This document shows positions 49,344 through 57,971 of a stretch of 64,000 nt of DNA, piece by piece. Under the pieces are notes generated by a model. It had not been told where the DNA came from, did no database searches, and worked only from the letters and a program-made list of their open reading frames with translations. Each line of letters opens with the position of its first letter. Position 1 is the stretch's first letter. The translations under genes were made by a program, and so were the position numbers. The DNA is from a virus (taxonomy: Duplodnaviria > Caudoviricetes): IMG/VR virus record IMGVR_UViG_3300028805_003982. One strand, written 5' to 3'.

Positions 49344-49430
49344 TACAGGTCAGAGGGTTCGGGAGCGCCGGGCAACACCTCTGTACAAGGTGCTTTGGGA
49401 AGATTGCCCTTATCTCTGGCCTGTTAATGT

Positions 49431-49504
49431 GCATCCGTGGCAGCGGTCTGCCGTGCGGTCTGCAAAACCGCATAAAGTGAGTTCGACTCTCACCGGATGC
49501 TCCA
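49431..49504 (+). tRNA. tRNA-Cys(GCA)
   Basis: Cloverleaf, U73-CCA. Confidence 0.85.
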
Positions 49505-49575
49505 TTTGTTAATAGTGTTCTATATGTGTTTTTTGCGGTCATAATCTACCTAATCGTATGAATAGGAGGCTGGTT

Positions 49576-50601
49576 ATGAGCGAGTTCAAGAAGATAGATC
49601 TGTTTAAGACTTTTCCTTGGTTAAATCAGGAAGGTACCAGAGATCTGAAGTATAACGATGTTTACACTCTGGACGATAAGGCATACGTTGCTTTTGAAAA
49701 ACGCGGCGATTCAACTAATGCTTTTATGCTTCTCGCGGGGGATAAGAACATTCTCGATGAGATCAATCCCGTTGATGGTGTGGGCGGATGGATCAGAGAC
49801 TGCATTGATGTTCAGGACGAGTTCGAGGATTACGTTGATGAATATGTGGAAGCCAGTGAAATGGATGACCCCAGACCTTATTGGGCAGACCGGGGGGCAC
49901 GTATCGCTGATTTCCTTGGCGACGAGGATTATAAAGAAATTGAAAAGGAGTTCTTTGAGGAGTGGTGCAGAAACCCCGAAAATGCCAGAATGTTTACGAT
50001 CCTGACTTTGGCAGTCGATCCTGACAACGTTAACATGTTCGGTAAGAACGCCGACGGTGAAGTGTGTTTGCTGGACCCCGACAGAAGATTTTATTCCGAG
50101 AACTGGGAAGAAGAGAATCTGACTGAAGCTGATCTGCCCAAGATGCAGAAGATAGTTGAAGAGGTTTTGAAAAAGGGCGTTAAGCAGGTATATCGCGACA
50201 CGGATTCTGAAATTAAAGAGGTCGATTTTACCAAAGGTGAATTAACCGCCTACAACGATTTTGCGATCATCGTTAGCCGTTTGTGTTCTCACGGAAGCAT
50301 GATGGGTTCTGTTATAAGGCCTTTGGAAGACGGCAGGTTTGAAGTAACCGGTTGCCGCGTAGTTAAAATGATAACCAGACAGGATTTCGATACGGATCTT
50401 GAATACGACAAGGCAGTTGATGAAATGATGAAGACTGCCGACGGAGTAACGGGGGAGTTCGTTACCGACGATCTTATCGCTTACGTTGAAGTAAAAGAGT
50501 TCCCCGATTCTTCTTATACGATAGATAAAGTAACCTTTTTTGGTAAGCCTTTGACGTTCCCCGATAATGACGTTGACGGCAACGGCAGGAATATGGACTA
50601 A
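49576..50601 (+). CDS. Acidic hypothetical protein
   Basis: ATG at 49576 after AGGAGG. Confidence 0.75.
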   Translation: MSEFKKIDLFKTFPWLNQEGTRDLKYNDVYTLDDKAYVAFEKRGDSTNAFMLLAGDKNILDEINPVDGVGGWIRDCIDVQDEFEDYVDEYVEASEMDDPRPYWADRGARIADFLGDEDYKEIEKEFFEEWCRNPENARMFTILTLAVDPDNVNMFGKNADGEVCLLDPDRRFYSENWEEENLTEADLPKMQKIVEEVLKKGVKQVYRDTDSEIKEVDFTKGELTAYNDFAIIVSRLCSHGSMMGSVIRPLEDGRFEVTGCRVVKMITRQDFDTDLEYDKAVDEMMKTADGVTGEFVTDDLIAYVEVKEFPDSSYTIDKVTFFGKPLTFPDNDVDGNGRNMD

Positions 50602-50614
50602 AGGAGATCAGACC

Positions 50615-51334
50615 ATGGACGATAAATACTTATACACAGGTAATTGGTACAAAACAGAAGACGGCAAGATCCTTCACATTGCTCAGGATGACTGCCCTCA
50701 AAACCCCCGTGAATGGGACGGGTGGCTTGGTAAGATTTTTTCCGTTTCCCGTTACGTGACAGGTGAAACCGATAAGGAAGGCCTTAAGTGCTGGGACGAT
50801 CTGTTACAGAAATACGGGGTAGAACAGAGCGGTACTGATATGCAGAAGGATTTTCCCGTTGACTGCAGAAATCTCATAGAAGCAGCAAAAGAGAAGGGAG
50901 ACGTTCTCCTTCCTATGTCCATATATGACCACAGCGGAATAACCCTTTATGTCGGTCTTCCCAGCGACCATTTTGACGGGCGTTGGGATTGTTCGTTTGT
51001 AGGTTTCATGATCGCGGACGGCAAGGATCTTGCTGAGCGTAAGCTTTCTTACGATGACGCTGTACAGATTCTTGAAGGCGAAGTAGCCATCTTGGACTGC
51101 TATTATACCGGTTCCGTTTACGGATATATTCTTTATGACGCGGAGTCCTTAGATGAGATCGATTCCTGCTGGGGCTTTTTCGGCAGCGAGATCAAGTCTT
51201 TTGAAGAGAGTGTTGGTCTGAAGATAACAGAAAATCTCGGCAGCGGCTATTCCGACGTCAACGAGTGTTTCGAGAGCAACAGGGAGTCCTTTGAGGAAGA
51301 AGCGAATCTTCGTAATATCAGGGGGTTTGAGTAA
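50615..51334 (+). CDS. Hypothetical protein
   Basis: NPREWD, YDHSGITL, WD..VGF, DSCWGFFG motifs, which I recognise from mobile-element proteins. Confidence 0.75.
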   Translation: MDDKYLYTGNWYKTEDGKILHIAQDDCPQNPREWDGWLGKIFSVSRYVTGETDKEGLKCWDDLLQKYGVEQSGTDMQKDFPVDCRNLIEAAKEKGDVLLPMSIYDHSGITLYVGLPSDHFDGRWDCSFVGFMIADGKDLAERKLSYDDAVQILEGEVAILDCYYTGSVYGYILYDAESLDEIDSCWGFFGSEIKSFEESVGLKITENLGSGYSDVNECFESNRESFEEEANLRNIRGFE

Positions 51335-51963
51335 TGGACGTGATCGACGGCAGATTTGAACCAGTTAAGCGTACTGCCGTGGACGGAAAGACCTGGTGGG
51401 TAGTATATGACAATAAAAGGCATGGTTACAGCTCTTACATTTGCCATGGTAAGTACGAAACCAGGAAACAGTGCGAGCAGGCGATAAAAGCGTCGTATAA
51501 GTATTTTTGCGGTGTCTCCGGGGAAGCCGGCAGATCTGTAGAAAGGAGAGAAAAAATGACAAACTATAATGACCTGAGAGACGGTCAAGAGTTCTATGCT
51601 AATGGTTACAAGAAAGGCTACGAGGACGCAAAGAAAGAGTTTGAAAGTAAGATTATTACAAAGGCTATCAGCGAAGAATTAGAAGCATTACCCAAAGAAA
51701 TTGATGGTGATAAGTTATTGATGCTATCAACGTTTGGGGCAGGAGTTAGATTTAATATCCTTGGTAAATTAAAAGAAAGTAAGAAAGATGACATGTCTCC
51801 TGATGTGATAAGCAAGATCTTAGCAGATTTCATATTGGATGACATTGAGAACGCCGATGAGGATTTTGTTAAAGAAAAGTTTGAAACCTTAGGGGTTACA
51901 CAGGAATTGTTAGATACGTTAGGCGTCGATTACCGCCTGGAAGGGGAAAAACCTAGTCTTTAA
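51334..51963 (+). CDS. Hypothetical two-module protein
   Basis: 209 aa; possible internal start at 51556. Confidence 0.65.
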   Translation: MDVIDGRFEPVKRTAVDGKTWWVVYDNKRHGYSSYICHGKYETRKQCEQAIKASYKYFCGVSGEAGRSVERREKMTNYNDLRDGQEFYANGYKKGYEDAKKEFESKIITKAISEELEALPKEIDGDKLLMLSTFGAGVRFNILGKLKESKKDDMSPDVISKILADFILDDIENADEDFVKEKFETLGVTQELLDTLGVDYRLEGEKPSL

Positions 51964-51978
51964 GAAGATGGGTGCGAT

Positions 51979-52761
51979 ATGGGGGATAATATGAGCAATC
52001 AAAAATATGTTGCGATACTCTGTAAGAGCAGTGAAAACGACGAAAGCATTGTCCTTGTTTCTTCTGATGAGCTGTTGGAGGTCATTCAAAATCCCGGCAG
52101 CTACAGATACAGTCCATCTAACGGGATAATGTACGGGGATGAAGAGATCAATAAATGCTTTAATCTTAATAAGATCAAAGATTTTGTCCTCATTGATTCT
52201 AACAGTCTTCCGGGCAAGTCCTCCGGATGGCCTAACGTAGTCCCGTCCTGGGCTAAGGTTTCCACTAAGATCAACAATCCTCAGTATATTAAGCTGGATT
52301 CTTTGGCTCCTTACGTCGAGATAGTTGCCATGGACCCGATAGAATTTGACATCAAGTCAATGGAATCGGTTAAGAAGGCAGCCAAACAGGTTATCGATAA
52401 CATTGCTGCTTTAGAGGATACTTGTTCGGAGATTTGTTATAAGTACGATCCTTACGACAACATAGACCCGAATGAATTAAGACGGATCTTATTCGATGAT
52501 ATTGTTCTTGTATCAAACCCCAGATTTGTTCCCATGCAGATAACATCCGAAGACGGATCTTTCTGGTGGCAGATCTACGATGCCAAGAACAGGGAGTTTA
52601 ATCATCTCGGGGGCACCAAGCACTATCCAACAAAAGAAAAATGTCAGGCGGCTATTGATTATTCTCAGGCACACGGGCTCCTGGCAACTGTTGATAAAGA
52701 CATATTTACCTGGGCTCCGAAACAGCCGGAAGAAGTAGATGAACCGGGACACGATCTGTGA
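51979..52761 (+). CDS. Hypothetical protein
   Basis: 260 aa ORF. Confidence 0.7.
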   Translation: MGDNMSNQKYVAILCKSSENDESIVLVSSDELLEVIQNPGSYRYSPSNGIMYGDEEINKCFNLNKIKDFVLIDSNSLPGKSSGWPNVVPSWAKVSTKINNPQYIKLDSLAPYVEIVAMDPIEFDIKSMESVKKAAKQVIDNIAALEDTCSEICYKYDPYDNIDPNELRRILFDDIVLVSNPRFVPMQITSEDGSFWWQIYDAKNREFNHLGGTKHYPTKEKCQAAIDYSQAHGLLATVDKDIFTWAPKQPEEVDEPGHDL

Positions 52762-52789
52762 TCATAATAAAAGTAAAGGAGATAATATT

Positions 52790-53485
52790 ATGTACGTTTC
52801 TCAGAATAATCAGAAGTTATACTTAAATCATTGGGGATTTAATGCCTGCAGGCTTATGAGTATGTTGGCTACAGTCATCGAAGCTGCCGGCGGAGTGGTT
52901 GATTACAGATATCAGAAGACAGCGCTTGTCTGCGACAGGACCGTTTATGATAAAGCTCGTGAAAAGCTGGATATGTTAGATCACTTTAAGCAGGTTCTTG
53001 ATAAGAATCCTGAAATGAAAGATCAGATCCAGCCTAAGCTCGAAGTGCTTGAAAAGGAAGCTGAAGAGCTTGCAGGAACACCTGAAGTGTTTGTTCCTTG
53101 TGAGTTCCAGACGCATCTTAAATTCATGATCAACGACACTTTATATTATTATCAGGTTGACGACAATCCTTTTATGGAGTTCTATTATCAGAAGACTCCG
53201 ATCGTTAATGGAAGATACAGTAAAGATGCTTGTCTTATGGAAGCTTCAAAGCTCTGGTACGATGATTCCTTCTTAAAGGGCGGAGTTTCAGATGCAGATA
53301 TCAAGAAGGCAGCTGAAACGCTTGCGGGCGCATTGTTCAATGCACCCGAGTCTGAGATCATCCGCAGCAAGAAAACGATCAGCGTGCCCAACGCACATAA
53401 TAACGGGCATCACAAGGAAGTTGTTTTTGAGCCTGAACGTTTTTCCACGGAGCTGCCGCAGGGAAGAGAGACGCCGTCTTTGTAA
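52790..53485 (+). CDS. Hypothetical protein
   Basis: ATG at 52790 after AAAGGAG. Confidence 0.7.
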   Translation: MYVSQNNQKLYLNHWGFNACRLMSMLATVIEAAGGVVDYRYQKTALVCDRTVYDKAREKLDMLDHFKQVLDKNPEMKDQIQPKLEVLEKEAEELAGTPEVFVPCEFQTHLKFMINDTLYYYQVDDNPFMEFYYQKTPIVNGRYSKDACLMEASKLWYDDSFLKGGVSDADIKKAAETLAGALFNAPESEIIRSKKTISVPNAHNNGHHKEVVFEPERFSTELPQGRETPSL

Positions 53486-53577
53486 GGCAAAAAACACCTG
53501 TTGAAAAATAAAATTTAGAAAATTACGATTTTTCTGTTGTATTTTTAAAATGTGGTGTTATAATAGTAAGTGATGAA

Positions 53578-53788
53578 GGAAGTGCCTGTCCGACATCTGA
53601 TTACAAAAGACCTAAGGGCTGAAACGGGTCAGGTCCAATCGCCCGGTTAGGTGTGTGAGGGAAGTGAGGTTGGTCGCCGCAAGGTGTAAAGTCCTCCGCA
53701 CTCAAAGTGATGATGAAACATGCATCCGCCTAATCTTTAACCTGAAGGGTCCCCAAGATTGTAATCAGTTGTGAGATAAGGGCTTCCT
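53578..53788 (+). ncRNA. Putative structured ncRNA (about 210 nt)
   Basis: Follows promoter TGTTATAAT; closing stems GGAAG/CTTCC and CTGATTACAA/TTGTAATCAG; T-run after. Confidence 0.55.
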
Positions 53789-54103
53789 CTTTTTATACTT
53801 AAACGAAAGGATAAAAGACTATGGTTACTGTTGTTATGAAGAGACATAACGATCTGATGCCCAAGGCGTATGAGAATGATACGCTCGGTTTCGCATGGTC
53901 TTTAGTTCCGGCTATATTCGTACGTACATTGGGTACAGGCAAAGAATATATCGGAAGCAAGGGGCGATTAAGATGTTAATCACAGCTTTTGTTTAAGCTC
54001 AAACAGAATAGAGAAGCATCAAGGATCGCCCGAAGAGAATAAAATCGGACGATCCTTTTTAATTCTCGTGAACATTGACAACTGAATATTTTCTTTTAAA
54101 CAT

Positions 54104-54177
54104 TCCCCTGTCATTTAAAGGTAGGATGGCTGACTGTTAATCAGTTTATGGAAGTTCGATTCTTCCCGGGGGAGCCA
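54104..54177 (+). tRNA. tRNA-Asn(GTT)
   Basis: Cloverleaf, G-CCA. Confidence 0.9.
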
Positions 54178-54181
54178 ATAT

Positions 54182-54256
54182 ATCCGCATGGTGTAATCGG
54201 TAGCACGGCAGTCTCCAAAACTGCTTGTCGGGGTTCGAGTCCTCGTGCGGGTGCCA
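54182..54256 (+). tRNA. tRNA-Trp(CCA)
   Basis: Cloverleaf, CCA. Confidence 0.9.
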
Positions 54257-54352
54257 TATGAAAAGTAAAAAGGAAAAAGTCAAGGATACATTGTTGACCA
54301 AGGTGAAGTCCGGAATGATCTGAGGAAGAGAATGTAACACCGATAAGTATTC

Positions 54353-54420
54353 TGAGCAATGGTGTAAGCGGAAGCACGCAGAGTGATGGCCGGAAGTGCA
54401 GGTTCAAGTCCCGCTTGCTC
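54353..54420 (+). pseudogene. Degenerate tRNA
   Basis: Acceptor TGAGCAA/TTGCTCA, D and T arms present; anticodon stem unpaired; no CCA. Confidence 0.55.
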
Positions 54421-54435
54421 ACTTTTCATTCTTAT

Positions 54436-54510
54436 GCCCCTGTGGTGTAACCGGTAACATGACTGACTCTGACTCAGTTATTCAAGGTTCAAATCCTTGC
54501 GGGGGTGCCA
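54436..54510 (+). tRNA. tRNA-Gln(CTG)
   Basis: Cloverleaf, CCA. Confidence 0.9.
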
Positions 54511-54596
54511 TTAGAAGGTTAGTAAAGAAAACAGGCACTCTTTACGGATCTTCTGCGGGGATGATGAAAAACAGGCACTTTCTTCATCCCTTACAT

Positions 54597-54683
54597 GGGT
54601 CGGTAAACCGTAACTGGTAGCGGGACGGACTGTAAATCCGTTGTCGAGAGACTCTGTAGGTTCAAGTCCTACCCGGCCCACCA
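54597..54683 (+). tRNA. tRNA-Tyr(GTA)
   Basis: Long variable arm, CCA. Confidence 0.9.
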
Positions 54684-54692
54684 TTTTAAAAC

Positions 54693-54768
54693 GGATCGGT
54701 AGCTCAGTCGGTAGAGCGAGGGACTGAAAATCCCTGCGTCACAGGTTCGATTCCTGTCCCTTCCACCA
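54693..54768 (+). tRNA. tRNA-Phe(GAA)
   Basis: Cloverleaf, CCA. Confidence 0.9.
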
Positions 54769-54771
54769 GAT

Positions 54772-54846
54772 GTTCTCCTAGTTCAACGGCAGAACAACGG
54801 ACTCTTAATCCGTGAGATCGGGGTTCAAATCCCCGGGGGAGCACCA
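54772..54846 (+). tRNA. tRNA-Lys(CTT)
   Basis: Cloverleaf, CCA. Confidence 0.9.
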
Positions 54847-54914
54847 TAACCATTAAAGAGAAAGGAGAAGACACATGTTGCACAAACAGAAGTTAAACGT
54901 AGGTGTATTGACAA

Positions 54915-54989
54915 GCGTCTATAGTTTAACGGTAGAACAGCGGACTTTTACTCCGTAAGATGAGGGTTCGAATCCCTCTGGGCGTACCA
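54915..54989 (+). tRNA. tRNA-Lys(TTT)
   Basis: Loop CTTTTAC, CCA. Confidence 0.85.
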
Positions 54990-55062
54990 TATATGGGTCT
55001 GTAGCTCAACCAGGAGAGTTATCTCTAAAGAGTTGCAAAACTCCCGCAGCGCCGTTTTATAA

Positions 55063-55140
55063 CACGCGTTGGAGAAGAGGTCTAACTCGCCGGCCTTTCA
55101 AGTCGGTATTCGCTGGGTTCAAATCCCGCACGCGTGGCCA
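55063..55140 (+). tRNA. tRNA-Glu(TTC)
   Basis: Cloverleaf, G-CCA. Confidence 0.85.
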
Positions 55141-55266
55141 AAGAAACTCTAAGTGAAACGAGTAGGTCGTGTCTTGACACTAAGGCGATAACGATGCATC
55201 TGACTAAACTGAAGTGACGAAAGAAGTAACTGAAAAGGAGTCGCTCTCCCTGAGTTTCTGATCTAT

Positions 55267-55340
55267 GGCCCTTTCTTCTATCGGCAGGAAAGCAGGTTCT
55301 CAGCCTGACAAGCAGGGTTCAACTCCCTGAAGGGTCACCA
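55267..55340 (+). tRNA. tRNA-Glu(CTC)
   Basis: Cloverleaf, CCA. Confidence 0.85.
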
Positions 55341-55436
55341 ATGGGCAGCGGTTGTCCGGCGGCATAGAAAGGGTTCAAGTCCTGCACGCGCGGGTTCGAC
55401 TCCCGGCGTACATGGTGTCGAAATGCCGCATTTCAT

Positions 55437-55513
55437 ATCCTCGTGGCGGAACGGGCAGACGCAGACGGTTCAGAGCCGTAAAGTTACAGGTTCAAATCCT
55501 GTCGGGGATACCA
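55437..55513 (+). tRNA. tRNA-Leu(CAG), short variable loop
   Basis: Leu-type D arm, loop TTCAGAG, A-CCA. Confidence 0.8.
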
Positions 55514-55517
55514 AAAT

Positions 55518-55595
55518 GGCCTCGTAGCAGAATCTGGCATATGCACTGCACTAAGGATGCAGGGTTTGCGGGTTCGAATCCCGCCGGGGCTACCA
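55518..55595 (+). tRNA. tRNA-Leu(AAG), short variable loop
   Basis: CTGCA-CTAAGGA-TGCAG, A-CCA. Confidence 0.85.
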
Positions 55596-55599
55596 ATAT

Positions 55600-55673
55600 C
55601 CGGGTGTAGCGTAATGGCAGCGTTCGTGCCTTGGGAGCATGAGGTGTGGGTTCAACTCCCGCCACTCGGACCA
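55600..55673 (+). tRNA. tRNA-Pro(TGG)
   Basis: Cloverleaf, CCA. Confidence 0.9.
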
Positions 55674-55678
55674 TTTAT

Positions 55679-55752
55679 CGTAGCTTCTTCTAATGGTAGG
55701 AAGACCGTCTGATACGCGGTTAATGTCTGTTCGATTCAGTCAGCTACGACCA
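55679..55752 (+). tRNA. tRNA-Ile(GAT)
   Basis: Cloverleaf, CCA. Confidence 0.8.
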
Positions 55753-55829
55753 TGGGGCATAGCTCAACAGGTCAGAGCTCCGGCCTTATAAGCCGGCGGT
55801 TCAGGGTTCGAGTCCCTGTGCCCCTACCA
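55753..55829 (+). tRNA. tRNA-Ile(TAT)
   Basis: CCGGC-CTTATAA-GCCGG, CCA. Confidence 0.85.
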
Positions 55830-55832
55830 AAT

Positions 55833-55909
55833 GTCTGATTGGCGCAACTGGCAGACGCGGCTGACTCAAAATCAGTTTCTTCAGGGTTCGAGTCCCTGAT
55901 CAGACACCA
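55833..55909 (+). tRNA. tRNA-Leu(CAA), short variable loop
   Basis: Cloverleaf, A-CCA. Confidence 0.85.
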
Positions 55910-56074
55910 GTCGGGAGTACACGCGAGAATCACAAGCGGGCCGACGGTACATCGGCAGCCTGAACAGGATTAGGTGCACATGAGTCCTTAAGGGCAACGG
56001 CGGGGTAGTGTCCGTCCTCCCACACCAACGAGTTCTTTGCCTTTTTCTCTCCAAAAGAAATCGGTGACCGGTAT

Positions 56075-56151
56075 GCTTCCGTAGCTCCAATTGGCAGAGC
56101 GGGTGCCTTGTAATCACCAGGTTGTGAGTTCGAGTCTCACCGGAAGCTCCA
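56075..56151 (+). tRNA. tRNA-Thr(TGT)
   Basis: Cloverleaf, CCA. Confidence 0.9.
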
Positions 56152-56155
56152 ACAT

Positions 56156-56230
56156 ACTCCTGTCGTTCAACTGAAAGGACAGCACTCTTCTAAAGTGTCG
56201 ATCAAGGTTTGAGTCCTTGCAGGAGTACCA
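56156..56230 (+). tRNA. tRNA-Arg(TCT)
   Basis: Cloverleaf, CCA. Confidence 0.85.
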
Positions 56231-56355
56231 TTAAAAAACACGATAGCTTGGTAATTTGCTGAAGTTAGCTGCAAGGATAGGATATCGGGTAATCAGCAAA
56301 ACCTTAGTCCGAAAGTAGCAGAGAGGGTTTTTGAAGCCGTGTTTCCCTCATTTAT

Positions 56356-56432
56356 GGGGCCATAGCTCAGTTTGGGAGAGCGCCTGCCCTGCAAGCAGGA
56401 GGTCGCGGGTTCGATGCCCGCTGGTTCCACCA
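56356..56432 (+). tRNA. tRNA-Ala(TGC)
   Basis: Cloverleaf, G3:U70, CCA. Confidence 0.9.
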
Positions 56433-56720
56433 TTGCAAATTAAGCTGCCGGAATGAACCATTCCTATATCAGCGGTCCTGCTGATGAAACTAAACGATTG
56501 AAAGAACAACCAGGCAGCAGGAATTTCTGCAAAGCCTTTATTTACAAGGCTTTAGCAAAAACCGGGAAGGGAGGGACTGTATATAAAAGTATTATTTTGT
56601 ATTGCTTTGTATTGTGATGTACCGATTAAATAATACGTATTTATTTGTATGTCTTTGTATTGCTGTATAGTGTCAAACACAGTTATATATTTACAAAACA
56701 ATACGCGATCTTTGATAAAT

Positions 56721-56797
56721 GCCCGTATAGCTCAGCTGGGATGAGCATCTGCCTTACAAGCAGGAGGCCCAAGGTTCGAACCCTTGTGCGGGCACCA
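56721..56797 (+). tRNA. tRNA-Val(TAC)
   Basis: Cloverleaf, CCA. Confidence 0.9.
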
Positions 56798-56802
56798 AAT
56801 AT

Positions 56803-56877
56803 GCAGGTATTGTATAACGGCTATTACGCTACCTTGCCAAGGTAGAGATGAGGGTTCGATTCCCTCTACTTGCTCCA
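56803..56877 (+). tRNA. tRNA-Gly(GCC)
   Basis: Cloverleaf, U-CCA. Confidence 0.9.
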
Positions 56878-56882
56878 AATAT

Positions 56883-56969
56883 GGGTGAGTATCCCGTAAC
56901 AGGCAGCGGACCAGACTGTAAATCTGGTGTCATTCGACTCAGGGGGTTCGAGTCCCTCGTCACCCACCA
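56883..56969 (+). tRNA. tRNA-Tyr(GTA)
   Basis: Long variable arm, CCA. Confidence 0.9.
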
Positions 56970-56976
56970 ATCATAC

Positions 56977-57051
56977 GGCCCTATGGTATAACGGCTATTA
57001 TGCCGGACTGTCTATCCGGAGACCGGGGTTCAACTCCCCGTGGGGTCGCCA
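56977..57051 (+). tRNA. tRNA-Asp(GTC)
   Basis: Cloverleaf, G-CCA. Confidence 0.9.
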
Positions 57052-57056
57052 ATTAT

Positions 57057-57131
57057 GTGCCATTGGTGTAATCGGCAGCACCTTAGTCTTCCAAACTAAC
57101 GGTACGGGTTCAAGTCCCGTATGGCACTCCA
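57057..57131 (+). tRNA. tRNA-Gly(TCC)
   Basis: Cloverleaf, U-CCA. Confidence 0.9.
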
Positions 57132-57135
57132 GTAT

Positions 57136-57210
57136 CGCGGCGTATTTTAATGGTAGAATGCGATCCTCATAAGATCGTCGGTACGGGTTCAAGTCCCGTC
57201 GCCGCCACCA
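57136..57210 (+). tRNA. tRNA-Met or Ile2 (CAT)
   Basis: CGATC-CTCATAA-GATCG, CCA; identity not resolvable by eye. Confidence 0.8.
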
Positions 57211-57214
57211 AAAT

Positions 57215-57289
57215 GTGGTTATTAGTGTAACGGCAGCACGGCAGATTGTGGCTCTGCAAGCATAGGTTCGACCCCTGTATTTCCACCCA
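57215..57289 (+). tRNA. tRNA-His(GTG)
   Basis: GCAGA-TTGTGGC-TCTGC, C-CCA. Confidence 0.8.
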
Positions 57290-57292
57290 AAT

Positions 57293-57366
57293 GCTTCTAT
57301 CGTTCAAGGGAAGGACAGCACTCTTCGAAAGTGCTTATCGGGGTTCGAATCCCTGTGGAAGCACCA
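57293..57366 (+). tRNA. tRNA-Arg(TCG)
   Basis: Cloverleaf, CCA. Confidence 0.9.
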
Positions 57367-57378
57367 ATTCCTTAACAT

Positions 57379-57454
57379 GCTTCCGTAGCTCAGCCGGCAG
57401 AGCGGCGGTATCGTAAACCGCAGGTCGTGAGTTCGATCCTCGCCGGAAGCTCCA
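57379..57454 (+). tRNA. tRNA-Thr(CGT)
   Basis: Cloverleaf, CCA. Confidence 0.9.
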
Positions 57455-57634
57455 ATTATTTTTGCTTATACGGCGGTCTACGCGGCACCTTTTGGATTAT
57501 CCGCGGTTATAATTAAATCATAATGATGCCCTCCGAAGTCTTCGGACTGACGGTTAAAGACGAGCGTTTTCGAACGTGAGCAAAGTAGGTGATAAGTCAT
57601 CCAACTGCGAGTCGCAAAAGGCAGATTTATAAAT

Positions 57635-57710
57635 GCTCCTGTAGCTCAGTCGGTAGAGCACGTGACTTTTAATCACGGGGCCAAGAGTTCGAACCTCTTC
57701 AGGGGCACCA
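57635..57710 (+). tRNA. tRNA-Lys(TTT)
   Basis: Cloverleaf, CCA. Confidence 0.92.
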
Positions 57711-57714
57711 TTAT

Positions 57715-57791
57715 CTCCCGGTACCAGAACTGGCATATGGACCGGACTTAAAATCCGGGGTTTGCGGGTTCGACCCCCGCGCGGGAGACCA
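57715..57791 (+). tRNA. tRNA-Leu(TAA), short variable loop
   Basis: CCGGA-CTTAAAA-TCCGG, A-CCA. Confidence 0.85.
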
Positions 57792-57971
57792 TAACCGCAG
57801 GAAGTGTATAGCGGTATAACAAGCGGTAAACATCTTCTGGCAGGGCGCAGACTCATGAGAAAAGAACAGCCACTGCCGTCGAATCCTATAGCCCTTGGTG
57901 TGACAGGACTATGCGTGAGAAAACACACCGATCATCGCTAGGTATTTTATTAATAAGAAAGGAGAGACATT

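Noticed and set aside
53625-53650. SRP RNA (TCAGGTCC)
   Set aside because: Lacks the GNRA tetraloop and the following GGAAGCAGC of SRP domain IV.
54915-54989. Ochre suppressor tRNA (TTA) or genetic code reassignment
   Set aside because: The 7-nt loop CTTTTAC places TTT at positions 34-36, and conserved genes translate intact with code 11.
48609-57928. Short ORFs on either strand overlapping tRNA clusters
   Set aside because: Fully explained by tRNA genes; no RBS and no protein features.
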